The notes beneath the pieces were generated by a model. It was not told the DNA's origin. It saw only the letters and a list, made by a program, of their open reading frames with translations, and did not search any database. A program made the translations under genes and the position numbers. Shown in pieces: positions 1-11,100 of a stretch of 64,000 nucleotides of DNA; position 1 is the first letter of the stretch; every line of letters starts with the position of its first letter. Origin of the DNA: Squalus acanthias (taxonomy: Eukaryota). The stretch is from assembly GCA_030390025.1 (NCBI GenBank), contig CM059432.1, positions 79,672,001-79,736,000 of the forward strand, given 5' to 3'.

Positions 1-1
1 G

Positions 2-826
2 CAGTGCGTTGAGTCTGCAGCCGAAGAGGTCATTGGTGAAGGGCATGTTGAGCCAGTGGGAGATGCGAGTGAGGTGGTGGTGGAGGAGCAGCAAGAGGAA
101 ATTGTTGCTGAATTAAACATGGAGGTTCTGGAATCTGGGTTGCAGGAGAGGTCCTCTCAATCTTCCTCTCCAACTCCTGGCACCTCTGGCTCTGTGCCAA
201 ACAGACAGCAGCTTGATACTACAGTGCCTGTGGGAGACACAGATATATATGCAGCAGAACAGGAGATACAGGGTCACATCCACCATCTTGAAGGCTTGAG
301 TCAATCGATGTCTTCTCTTACAGAGAAAGAAATTGATTGTCTTGCCTCGGTCAAGCAGGGAGTGGAATGTCTGTGCATGTCACTTAATGAAATGACTCAG
401 AATCAGGGAATGGAGCTTAAGAAAATAAATGAGTCTCTTGAAGGACTGTTGCAGAAACCCGATTTGGGAGTGGATCTTAGGAAAATAAATGAGTCTCTTG
501 TTGGACTGTTGCAGAAACCCGATTTGGGAGTGGATCTTAGGAAAATAAATGAGTCTCTTGTTGGACTCATGCAAATAATTTCTGCTGCCATTACTGTGAC
601 TCCCTCAGAACCAACCTTACCTGCTCCCAGCGCAGAATCAGTGCAGGTCCAAGAGCCAGCTACTCCGCCTACGATGATGCAATCAAACATTGCCTTGCAG
701 CAGCAGCAGCAGCAACAACCCTGTCAGGAGGCAATTGCTGAAGGGCAAACGATGGCAAGCAGGGCCGTTTCAAGTCGCAGCACCGGGCAACGGTCACGGG
801 GAGCGGGAAATCGCAAGAGACATTAG
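2..826 (+). CDS. C-terminal part of putative Harbinger accessory (Myb/SANT-type partner) protein; frame open from window edge
   Basis: Uninterrupted frame 2-826 with acidic, Ser/Pro-rich and coiled-coil-like composition and a basic C-terminus, convergent with the transposase. The Myb domain itself is not visible and is presumably upstream. Confidence 0.55.
   Translation, partial: QCVESAAEEVIGEGHVEPVGDASEVVVEEQQEEIVAELNMEVLESGLQERSSQSSSPTPGTSGSVPNRQQLDTTVPVGDTDIYAAEQEIQGHIHHLEGLSQSMSSLTEKEIDCLASVKQGVECLCMSLNEMTQNQGMELKKINESLEGLLQKPDLGVDLRKINESLVGLLQKPDLGVDLRKINESLVGLMQIISAAITVTPSEPTLPAPSAESVQVQEPATPPTMMQSNIALQQQQQQQPCQEAIAEGQTMASRAVSSRSTGQRSRGAGNRKRH
411..567 (+). repeat. In-frame 60-bp tandem repeat (~2.5 copies) encoding LRKINESLVGLLQKPDLGVD
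   Basis: Near-identical units visible at 416, 476 and 536. Confidence 0.95.
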
Positions 827-1382
827 GGTGTTGCATGTTCCACAATGCACATCCATTGACCCTCAGGAATAGTTTATTTGTGGTAAAATTTTTCAATTGT
901 TTAATTTTTAGTTTTATTTAAAACTTACATGTTTACATTTTTATTTATTTATATATATATTTGACACTGAAACTGAAAGTTAGCTTTTCATTGAAAAAGT
1001 ACAGCCTCTAGTCACTTTTTAAAAATTCAAATTGTTTATTTGCACAAAAAAATTGAACATTTAAACTTTTTTACATTTAGGAAAGAGTTATTTTCCATCT
1101 TGAATGTCTTTACTGCATTAACGAAGCAAAAAAGTAAGTCAGAACTGTGAACAAATTTTTTAAAACCTATTTCTGTTTACGATTGTTTACAAAGTTGAAA
1201 AGTAGCTAGTTAACATTGAAAAGTTATAAACTATGTAAAGCAACAATGAACCTCAGAAGTCTATAATGCTGCAATAAAGAGCACTGTTTCACTTTAAATT
1301 GTGTCTGTACCTTTATTTGCCTTGCTGGTGGAGAGGGAGGGGGAGGGGGAGCGGGAGCGGGAGCGGGAGGTACAAGGCGACA

Positions 1383-1882
1383 CTACCTCGTGAAGGTGTT
1401 GGCTACCAGCTGCTCCCGAGCAGCCTTACTTTGAGCAGCAGTTGGCTCTTCCCCATCATGCCTTCCCACAGGCACATTGGCATTGTCCACGTCCTCCATT
1501 TCTGCAGGTAGTTCATCTGCAGCGTTAAGGGTCAGTCCTTCCTGCAGGGCAAAGTTATGCAAAGCACAACAGACCACCACAATCTTTGCCACTTTCGCAG
1601 GAGAATACTGCAAGGTCCCCCCTGACCTGTCCAGGCACCGGAAGCGTGATTTCAGAACTCCAATTGTCCTCTCCACCACTTGCCGTGTGGACACGTGTGC
1701 CTGGTTGTATCTCTCCTGAGCCTCATTATTGGTCTTGCGGTAGGGAGTCATCAGCCATGGTAGTAGTTTCTCCTTCTCTGGAGGAGACGGGCTTGGTTCC
1801 TCCGTCTGATTAGTTGTCTGTATTCGAAAATTCTCTGATACACAATCCCACAGAGGAACAGGAATTGATTGTGAAAGGGCAT
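1383..1882 (-). pseudogene. Harbinger (HARBI1-like, DDE_Tnp_4) transposase with large internal deletion and frameshift
   Basis: ATG at 1882 gives MPFHNQFLF...ARLLQRRRNY, joined out of frame at ~1760-1767 to LPWLMTPYRK...HVSTRQVVERTIGVLKSRFRCLD...CCALHNF, a typical C-terminal Harbinger transposase segment. Confidence 0.85.
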
Positions 1883-2654
1883 CTTTCTCTCACACAGGCT
1901 TCCTCTTCAAACTGAAAGTTGTAATGAAAAAATGGAAATAGTTGTTAAAGTAACTTTAGTTAAGTGAGTGGCTATAAAATCAGGTCGGGCTATGGTGGGA
2001 CACGTGCGCTATCGGCTTGGGAACACATCTACCCGCCACACGGCCCTAGCTGATTTTCCAAAACTGTAACATTTTCATAAATTCATACATACATACATAC
2101 TTACTTACTCATTTTCATCTTTAAAACTTTTTGAAACGTAAACAGTTCATTTTTAAACTTTCATTTTCACAGATAGATACCTAAATATGCCTTGTACACA
2201 CCCACAGTTGCTATACTACTCCAAATGGTCAAAACCCATTTTTAAAATTTTTAAAAAATTCCAAACTTATCTAAGACTTCATTTAATAAACTTTGGTGGC
2301 TTTCAGATTTAAAAAACTCACCTCAGTAGCCCCACTGCAAAAGGATTTATTCCTCCTGCTATCTCCGTATATTTAGAAATGGCTGCTGCTCCTGCTTTTA
2401 ACATGTGTAACTGCTAGGAGCTTACACACACTACTATCATTCACAAAAATCATGAAGTTTCAGACGCACGCGCAGAATCACCAGCCCACGCGATTACTCG
2501 GAGATCCCTGAAACTGACCCGACATGAAGTGCCGGTTTTCAGCGCATGCGCAGTGCATGCAGAAAACCGGCAATTGGAGAGAGAATACACGAGAGTACAC
2601 AGTGCGTACTCTCGCGTAGCGACACCAATTTTTGGCCCAATGTGTTTTATATGG

Positions 2655-2875
2655 TATTGGTTGAGGAATAAATGTTGGATAGGATACTGAGACAACTGCA
2701 CTGTTCTTCGACTAAAGCTATGGGATCTTTTACATATATCTGAGAGGTAGTGGATTGGGCCTCGGTTTAACGTTTCATCCGAATGATACACATCTAACAG
2801 TGCAGCACTCCCTCAATACTGCACTTAAGCGCCAGCCTAGATTCTGTGCTCAAGTCTTGGAATAGAGCTTAAAGA
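2655..2875 (-). mobile_element. Deu-domain SINE fragment (SacSINE1/AmnSINE1-like)
   Basis: Reverse strand reads ...CAGTATTGAGGGAGTGCTGCACTGTT...GATGAAACGTTAAACCGAGGCCC...AAAAGATCCCAT, the Deu-domain pattern. Similar to copies at 5265, 15250 and 45680. Confidence 0.7.
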
Positions 2876-3329
2876 TCGTTGAGTGCTGTCACTTTCAAAA
2901 GATCGCTGGGAGAAATAAACTAAATAAAAGTAAACAATTGATAAAATTAAAAATAAACAAAACGTGACTGGGGAAAATAAACAAGAAACTCGAACAAAAT
3001 AAACATAAAATTGCTGCGGAAAATAAAGAAAAAATGGCTAAGTATAAAAATGAATGAGAAATGACTGAACAAAAATAAAAATAAATGACGAGAGATCGAG
3101 CTCTTTAATGGGAAGCTTCTTCAGCATTAATCATCTAGCCCAGCAGGGAAGCACCCACAGATACAGAGGCGAGTCAGCTCCACACAGTTCACTCTTGGCT
3201 CTCTCTCCCTTTGCCAAAGCCGCTGTTATTGTACCAAAAAAATAAAGGCTCCTTGGTTCCGAACGGTCGCAATGCATGATGGGCCTGGAGAGTGAGGGTA
3301 GGAGGAGTGAGGAGAGGGCGATGTGGACG

Positions 3330-3935
3330 GAATGTTGGTGGCAGTGGAGCGCGGCTCTCGAGCAGCCTGATTTAAATCCTCAGTGAAGAGCGCGAGGGGC
3401 GGGCGGCGGAGAGTGTAAGCAACCGGCGACAAACCTGCCTCCGCTTTTCAAGCTGATATTCTGCTCAGGAGCTTTGCCAAAATGAGCAGGACGTGAGCCC
3501 GTTGTCCTGTCCGTTTCTGCTCCACGCTTTCCCCATTTTCACCGTTTCTCTCCGGGTGGGTGACTTTGTTCACGGCCCCGTGTTGACGGGCAGGCCGTTT
3601 GCTCTGGCCGTTTGGAAGGCGAGCGCCGTTGTCTGTCGGTGTTGTGGAGAGGTGGCGCCGAGCCGCGTTGCCTGACTGCTCGGCTTCAGCCCGGAGCGGC
3701 GAGTCCCTTCGATACGCGTTTCATCGTCTTGACAACTGTCGTGCTGCATGTTTATGTTTCGCTTCGTTGGTGAACGGCTGCTTAAAAAATAATTTCCTTC
3801 AGCGTTAAGTACATTTTGTAGTAACATCCCGCTGACTGACTGCAAGTCGTCCGGGGATTGGTTTCAGTGCGATGAGGTTTGTGTATGGTTTCAGTGCCGA
3901 TGAGGTTTGTGTACTAAAGTTGCTTGACAACGAGT
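3330..3935 (+). promoter_or_regulatory. CSPP1: CpG-rich promoter / probable 5'UTR first exon of CSPP1 (donor AC|GTGAGC at 3492/3493)
   Basis: Only apparently non-repeat CpG-dense island upstream of the coding exons. GC box GGGGCGGG at ~3396; splice donor at 3493. TSS not determined. Confidence 0.65.
3859..3913. repeat. 27/28-bp tandem duplication TGGTTTCAGTGC(C)GATGAGGTTTGTGTA
   Basis: Two adjacent copies visible. Confidence 0.9.
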
Positions 3936-4004
3936 GCGCCATTCTGTGGAGCCAGGTTATTTTTCATCTCTTTCCCTTTCTTGATGGAAAATAACCTATC
4001 TATT

Positions 4005-4810
4005 TTTAGATCTTGATATAGAGATGTATTTGCCTTTATATAGTGCTTTGATGTAGAAAATGTTACGAAGTGTTTTGCAAGTTGGGGAGGGAGGTGGTGT
4101 GGTGCGGAACAAAATAAAGAATTAAATGAGATAAAGGAAAGTGTGTTCCATGGAGTGAGTGTTAGGACAGATGACTGAAAGCTTGGTTGAAAAAATTTCT
4201 AAAGGTGGAGGGAGAGAAGTACAGGGGTTGAAGAAGAGACTTCTTTGGGGTCAAGGTGGTGAAGTGAGGGTGAGATGCACAAAAAGGTCACGGTTAGAGA
4301 ATGAAGAGAAGGGATATAATTGCTGGCGGAGGTTGATGAGATGAGGTGAGACAAGGCCATGGAAGGATTGGTGGCTGTGGGAACATTGGAACAGGAGTAG
4401 GCCACTCAGCTCCTTGAGCCTGTTCTGCTATTCAGTTAGATCATGGCTGATCTGTACGTCAACTCTATTTACCCGCCTTCGCTCCATATCCTTTGATACC
4501 CTTGCCTAACAAAAAATTAGTCTTGAAAGCTCCAATTGTCCCAGCATCCACAGCTTATTGGGGAAGAGAATTCCAGATGCCAGAGAGCCAATGCAGGTCA
4601 GCAAGGACAGGAATTGATGCGCAAGCTGGACTTGGTGTCGGGCAGCTGAAACAGATGGCTGAGTTTTTGGAGAATGGGAAGTTAGCAAGGAGGATGTTGG
4701 AGAAATTGACTCGAGGTGACAAAAGCATGGATAAGGGTTTCAGTGTCAGTGGGGCTGAGGTAGGGCATAGGTGGGTAATCGGTGGAAGAAAACAGTCTTG
4801 GTGATGGATA
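4005..4810 (-). mobile_element. Degenerate L2 fragments with a nested CR1 3' end (~4380-4580)
   Basis: [16 protein letters not shown] in ORF 4682-4888 matches the L2 at 15706. CR1 tail GGAGTAGGCCA...GATCATGGCTGATC present. Confidence 0.6.
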
Positions 4811-5264
4811 GAATGTTGGGTGATTGGTGATGGATAAGATATAGAAAATGTATAATATACAGAATTGTTCCTGCTTGTCAAGTCTCACATTTTTCCAGCC
4901 TTATTACTTATACTAACTTATTTCCTAATAATCAGCATTTGCTTATTGGCTTATAAATCTAATTATTAATAAACAGCTGATAATTCTTTAGTGTGGCTAT
5001 CAATACATGTCATCTATATGCATTATGCTGTCTGCAAATCTGCTGTGGAAGACTCTTTTGCTCTAATAATATTGTTAAAACTAGAAATAAGATTTTGGGG
5101 GAGGGAGTTACTTGCATCTTAAACAGGTATTGAAGTGTCATATTTTTATTTTCTATCAGCCATGTGATCTATTGTAACAAAAAACAGAAAATGCTGCAAA
5201 TACACAGGTTGGGCAGTACTGTAAAGTGAGAAGGATAGTCAATGTTTTGGGTACAATTATCAGC

Positions 5265-5410
5265 CTTGGCTCAGCGTTGATATTCTTGCCTCTATCAGAA
5301 GGTCGTGGATTTAAGCTCCACTCTAGAGACTTAGCACATAATCTAGACTGAAGCAGCACTTGAGGGAGTGCTGCACTGTTGGGGGGGTGATGTCTTTCGA
5401 ATGAAACAAT
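5265..5410 (+). mobile_element. Deu-domain SINE 5' half, truncated by MITE
   Basis: TTGGCTCAGCGTTG head followed by GAGGGAGTGCTGCACTGTTG...TCTTTCGAATGAAAC. Confidence 0.6.
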
Positions 5411-6177
5411 GGCCTGATTTTTGCGGTGGTAATGACAGTGAAACTGTCAGCGTTCGCCGTCATTACCCCTCTGAAACTGGCCGTAACTTCAGGATTTAGC
5501 GCATGCTCCATCTCCAGGGCCACCTGGGCGCGAACATAGCCGCAGAAATCCTGAAGTTACGGTCAGTCATTCCCTGCTTTGGCACAGACTGCACTGTGGA
5601 ACTACCCAGAGCAGGCAATCACTGAAATCACTTGAACTGATGAAAACTTCCCCTTTTCTGCTCTAATATCACTTTTTAAAAACCCTATAAAAAGTTAAGC
5701 CTTGATGAAAGAGGTGTAACTAGGTTTTTAACGGCGTAGTGACTGCTGAACAACCGTTCCGGCCCTGAAAAACTAATTTTATATTTGCGGAATGTCAAAT
5801 TTCACCAGTATGATAAAATGACTAGATTTTTAATATATAATTTTAATTTTTTTAAAAGTTTGTTCATGATATTTCAACTTCTACCGTAACCCCATGTGCA
5901 TGGCCCAATCTTTATTTTGCTCTCTGTAAAATTTTTAAAAAGTGAATGATAAAAACAGCTTTTTATTTCCTGGTTTGCTGTCTGTGAGAATTCTTTAATA
6001 TGATTGGCTGCTTAGATAGCTTGATGACATCACTGCTGCTGTACGCTGGAGATTCCCTATAGGCTGCGCTATAATCAAATTAACATCAAGAGAGCTAAAG
6101 TTTTCACCAGAGATCGCAAGATCTTCGTGGTCGGCAGCGAATGCTGTTACTTCGCCGCTGACCGCAAATTCCGGGCC
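5411..6177. mobile_element. Harbinger-like MITE (family A)
   Basis: TIRs GGCCTGATTTTTGCGGT / ACCGCAAATTCCGGGCC; flanks AAT/ATT; non-coding. Homologous inverted copy at 25491-26198. Confidence 0.8.
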
Positions 6178-7144
6178 ATTACATAATTTTTTTTCTGAAG
6201 AGGTGGGCATCCTCCTTGAAAGGGATAGAAGTTAGAATAATTGTTGCTGGATAAGACCTGTTTCACTTTATCCACTTAAAACCTATAATTCTTGCTAAAG
6301 CATTCAAGTTTGCTTGGATGATCAAAATTATTGATTCTCAGGCAAATTACCTTTTATGTTGAGTGTCCTCATTGAGGAAGCTTTGGTGCACATAGCTTTC
6401 ATGATGCTAGTCTGAAACTCTAGCACTTTGAAATTGTGGAAAGAAAGTTTGAACAGGGAAGGGTTGGTGCTGATTGGGCTTGTGGGGACACCAAAGCCCA
6501 AAAGGATTTGATGATGTAAATTTACGTGTTCTAAATCCATATATATCTGTATGAAGTGTACCTGCCATTGTATTCTGTTGAGTTTTGTGATTTAACGATT
6601 CCCACCTTTGGTACACCTTTACAGCTAGCAGCTGCAGTAGATTTTACAGGCCCATAAGCGATGTTAACAAATACAAATAAACTATTAGTTTTGTTAGAGT
6701 TTAATGCAATCATTGAGTCATGTGCCTAACAAAGTCGGTTCCTGCAATATCTTGGGAGCTTTCAAATGTGAATAAGGAGTTGAAAAAAGTTATACCACAT
6801 CAGTCACCTGCAGTACGAACTGCATGAATATCGTTTCCGTTTTTGATCATGTGAGCCTGGTCCTCCAATCGGAAAACAGATAGTCTTTCATTCATTTAAA
6901 TTACTACATTACTTCATTACTACAGCCTTTAAAATACATACAGATTAGCTTTTATCGTGGGAATCCAATTCATTACTTATAATTCCCACTTCAAAACAAA
7001 TACTGGTAACTGTGCATAAAGTTAGGAAATTTAAATGTTATTTTAAAAAAACTTGCAGCTTTAACACACACTAGGATTGCTTCTCATTAAAGCTTTTCGT
7101 GCTCCTGGAGTCATTTAATTAAAAAAAAGCATTTTTTTCATTTC

Positions 7145-7421
7145 GAGTATCCCCTTACACTGTGGAAGCAGGCCCTGCGCCTGTTTCCACCAGCCGTAAA
7201 ATTTCCGTATGCTGGGCAGTTGGTGGGCAAATAGCCAACTCTGCACCAACAATTAGGTTTTCGGTGGCGGAGTGGATGGCCTGTCAATGCGTACGTTAAT
7301 AGACCGCAAGTTCGGGATTTAGCGCATGCATGCAGAAATCCTGAACTTGCGGTTGATTTCAAAGGTGGTATTACAGCGTACTCTGAGAGTACGCGGTCCT
7401 ACCCACTGCAAAATTCAGGCC
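7145..7421. mobile_element. One end of a related Harbinger-like MITE
   Basis: Ends ...CACTGCAAAATTCAGGCC and shares the GCGCATGC..AAATCCTGAA subterminal motif with family A. Confidence 0.6.
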
Positions 7422-7427
7422 ATTTTT

Positions 7428-7945
7428 AAAATTCATTCTTGGGATATCGGCGTCGCTGGCAAGGCCAAAATTTATTGCTAGTTGCCCTTGAGAAGGTGGT
7501 GGCCCTTTTTGAATCGCTTCAGTCCACGTGGTGAAGGTACTCCCAGAACACTGTTAGGTAGGGAGTTCCAGGATTTTGACCTAGTGATGATGAATGAACA
7601 ATATATCTAAGTTGGCATGGTGTGTGACTTGGAGGGGGACTTAGAGGTGGTGGTGTTCCCATGCATCTGCTTCCCTTGTCCTTCTAGGTGGTGGAGGTCA
7701 CAGGTTTGGGAGATGCTGCCAAAGAAGCCTTGGCACGTTGCTGCAGTGCATCCTGTAGATAGTACACACTGCAGTATGCTGGTGGAGGGAATGAATGTTT
7801 AAGCTGGTGGATGGTGTGCCGATCAAGCGGACTGCTTTGTCCTGGATGGTGTTGAGTATTGTTGCAGTTTCACCCTTCCAGGCAAGTGGAGAGTATTCCA
7901 TCACACTCCTGACTTGTGCCTTGTAGGTGGTGGAGGGATTTTGAC
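7428..7945 (-). mobile_element. 5'-truncated copy of the LINE family seen at 10329-13523
   Basis: Encodes MMEYSPLAW...DKAVRLIGTPS...; shares the 3' tail. Confidence 0.85.
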
Positions 7946-8199
7946 TATGCTTTCTTAAGAATCTTGCCTAATTTAAAAATCTAATATTTAATATGCTGAA
8001 ATAGGGAAGCTTGTGAGGAATCGCATGTAATTGTTATGGGATTTTTAAAGGGGGAAATTCCTTCAGTGCTATCTACTTCTCCACTACCTCTGTATTGTCA
8101 GACTGCTTGTCCGATATCCAGTCTTGGATTAGCTGCTATTTCCTCCAATTAAACACTGGGAAGGCTGCCACAAGCTCCAGACCCTCGCTACTGATTCCA

Positions 8200-11100
8200 T
8201 CCTCCTGGAGGGGGAGCTTGCACACGAGTTCTGCTGCAGAAGAATCAGATGAGCACTTCGATGGGGCAGGCTACAAAAGAAGGCTGATGTATTGGATAGC
8301 CTGCCAGAAAGCCTGTGTTCAATGTCAAGAAGCATGGAGTAGACCGGCACCAAATTGGCGCAGAGCTTGGAGCCTATCCTTTCCAGCATGGAAGTGCTGA
8401 CCAACTCCATTAGTGCACTTGTGGATCCAACCATGATGCAGTGTCTGATGGCTGATGTCTCAGCTTCCATTGCAGCACAAGCAGCAGTCACCCAACGTCT
8501 GAGTGCTGCAGTGGAAGCTCAGAGTGCTGCCATCATGGCTCTGGACTCTAGTGTTAAAGAAACTTGCAGGGTGTCACAGCAGTTCAGCAATCTTTCCTCC
8601 AATAGATTACTAGGATTGCTGAGGTGCCGCCCCGGGGGAGTGCCAGTGGCTCCATGGAGCACGAATCTGCTGTCCTCTCAGGATGACAGTGCCCTTGCTG
8701 TTGCCTGTCAGCCAGCCAGCCCAGACTGCTGCCGCCCATGTCGAGATGGTGCAGTCTGCAGCCGGGCCTTCTAGGCCCAAAGCTGCTTGAGGTTGTCCTC
8801 CAAGGCCATCTGCAGTGTCCTCCACAAAGTCAGCAGCCTTCCACCAGCCATGCTGTAGCCACTGGGGTAGTACAGCGTAAGGGCACTTGGCCTGGCGCAG
8901 GCACTAAGGGAATGCACAAGGATGATTAGTTGACGTTTGTATACAATATAGTATGATTTGATTTATAAATTTGGTTTGGAATGTTTATTTTGTGTTGGCT
9001 TTTATTTTTGCATTGTGACCGGTGATCAGCTTTGAATACAGCAGGACTTGAGAATGAACAGAGGGCATGCAGAGGGCATCGCTGTGATGGCCAGTGACTG
9101 AGGGAAGGTAAGGTGTGGTACGGTTGGTGAATGGGAATTGGGGTTGTGGTTACCAGCAATGTTCCCCTAATTTTTTTTTTTGGATGTGCAGCCCCTTCAC
9201 AGTTTCGTGCATGTGCGAAATTTAACATTAGAAAAGCCATCCTTTTTGTCATGGTGGTTCAAATGCAGATAGCATAGCAGACTGCTGCAGAATGAAGGCA
9301 TCATGACAGCTGCCAGGATGCCGGGCATTGACCTGCATAATTCGCTGCCTATGGCCGCACAACAGCTGGATGTTGAGGGAGTGGAATACCTTTCAGTTCC
9401 GGTACATCAGAGTTGACTTGCGGCACCTGCAAAGTGATGTACGTGCAGTCAATTGCACCCTGCACCATGGGGAAGCCTGCAATCCTAGCAAAGCCGTGAG
9501 CTTGCTCCGCCTGCTACTGTCTGGCAAGAGAGAATGACCTCTTTAAATAGAGAGCCTCAGTGACCTCCCTTACGCAACAGTGGATGGCAAACTGCGAGAT
9601 GTTGCAAATATCTTCAGCTCCAGCCTGGAAGGAGCCAGATGCATAAAAGTTCATCACCACGGTCACCCTCACAGCCACTGGCAATGCGGTCCTTGCCCTG
9701 CATTGAGGTTACAGTTGTGGCTGCAGCAGGTAGCAGATTTCAGTGAGGACGTCCTTACTGAAGCGCAGACACCTCACACGTTGTTCCTCGCTGAGGTTTA
9801 GGTAGGAGAATTGCTTCCTGAACACCCTAGGCGGATATGGCCTCCTGATGAGAGCCTTTCTCGCCCCTTGTCCTGCTCTGCATGCCCTCTGTTCATTCTC
9901 AAGTCCTGCTGTATTCAAAGCTGAATTCCTACTAGTGCACCCATGTCTGGCAGCAAGTGGTTTGTGCAGAAGCCTTGAACGCAGGAAACAGTCCTTCAGC
10001 ACCTGCCACACCTCCCTGTAGACTTTGGCAACTTTAAACAACTGTAGAAAGCACCAAACACTTGTAGAACTGTAGCTACTAACCTGTAAGTAGTTGATGA
10101 TCCCTTTAAATAGCGCTGGTGGGGCTCCTTCCTGCTGTTGAACGTCTGCTCAGTTGTGGGAGGTTAAGAGAGGGCGTTAGCTTGAGCATTGAGCTCCAAA
10201 ATGGCAGCGCTGGCATCAAATCAGCGTTGCACGCTGATTGACGTCATAATCTGCCTGCTCTGCATACTTCCGGCGGGCGTTCACTGCGCACGCTAACGCA
10301 CTCAGGAATATGCCATCTTTCAAAAAAATTTTTTTATGGGATGTGGGCATCGCTGGCAAGGCCAGCATTTATCGCCCATCCCTAATTGCCCTTGAGAAGG
10401 TGGTGATGAGCCGCCGCCTTGAACCGCTGCAGTCCGTGTGGTGAAGGTACTCCCATCATAGGTAGGGAGTTCCAGGATTTTGACCCAGCGACGATGAAGG
10501 ATCGGTGATATACTTCTAAGTCAGGATGGTGTGTGACTTGGAGGGGAACTTGGAGGTGGTGGTGTTCCCATACACCTGCTGCCCTTGTCCTTCTAGATGG
10601 AAAAGGTTGCGGGTTTGGGAGGTGCTGCCGAAGAAGCCTTGGTGAGTTGCTGCAGTGCATCTTGTAGATGGTACACATTGCAGCCACGGTACACCGGTGG
10701 TGGAGGGAGTGAATGTTTATGGTGGTGGATGGGGTGCCAATCAAGCGGGCTGCTTTGTCCTGGATGGTGTCGAGCTTCTTGAGTGTTGTTGGAGCTGCAC
10801 TCATCCAGGCACACTCCTTACTTGTGCCTTGTAGATGGTGGAAAGGCTTTGGGGAGTCAGGAGGTGAGACACTCACTGCTGTATACCTAGCCTCTGACCT
10901 GCTCTTGTTGCCACAGTATTTATGTGGCTGGTCCAGTTAAGTTTCTGGTCAATGGTGACCCCCAGGATGTTGATGGTGGGGCATTCGGCGATGGTAATGC
11001 CGTTGAATGACAGGGGGCGGTGGTTAGACTCTCGCTTGTTGGAGATTGTCATTGCCTGGCACTTGTGTGGTGCGAATGTTACCTGCCACTTATAAGCCCA

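Larger units (their letters stand above)
1..2638. mobile_element. PIF/Harbinger DNA transposon, internally deleted, left end outside window
   Basis: Convergent partner ORF (+, to 826) and Harbinger-type transposase remnant (-, 1383-1882). The terminus ...CCAATTTTTGGCCC at 2638 resembles the GGC(C)..AATTT TIRs of other Harbinger-like MITEs in the window. Confidence 0.8.

Noticed and set aside
416..567. CRISPR-like array
   Set aside because: Contiguous in-frame tandem repeats with no unique spacers, in a eukaryotic context.
1383..1751. Domesticated HARBI1 host gene
   Set aside because: Catalytic core deleted, lies within a TIR-bounded element with a partner ORF, and several related remnants exist in the window.
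2900..3480. COPS5 first exon on the minus strand
   Set aside because: No matching N-terminal coding sequence found by eye.
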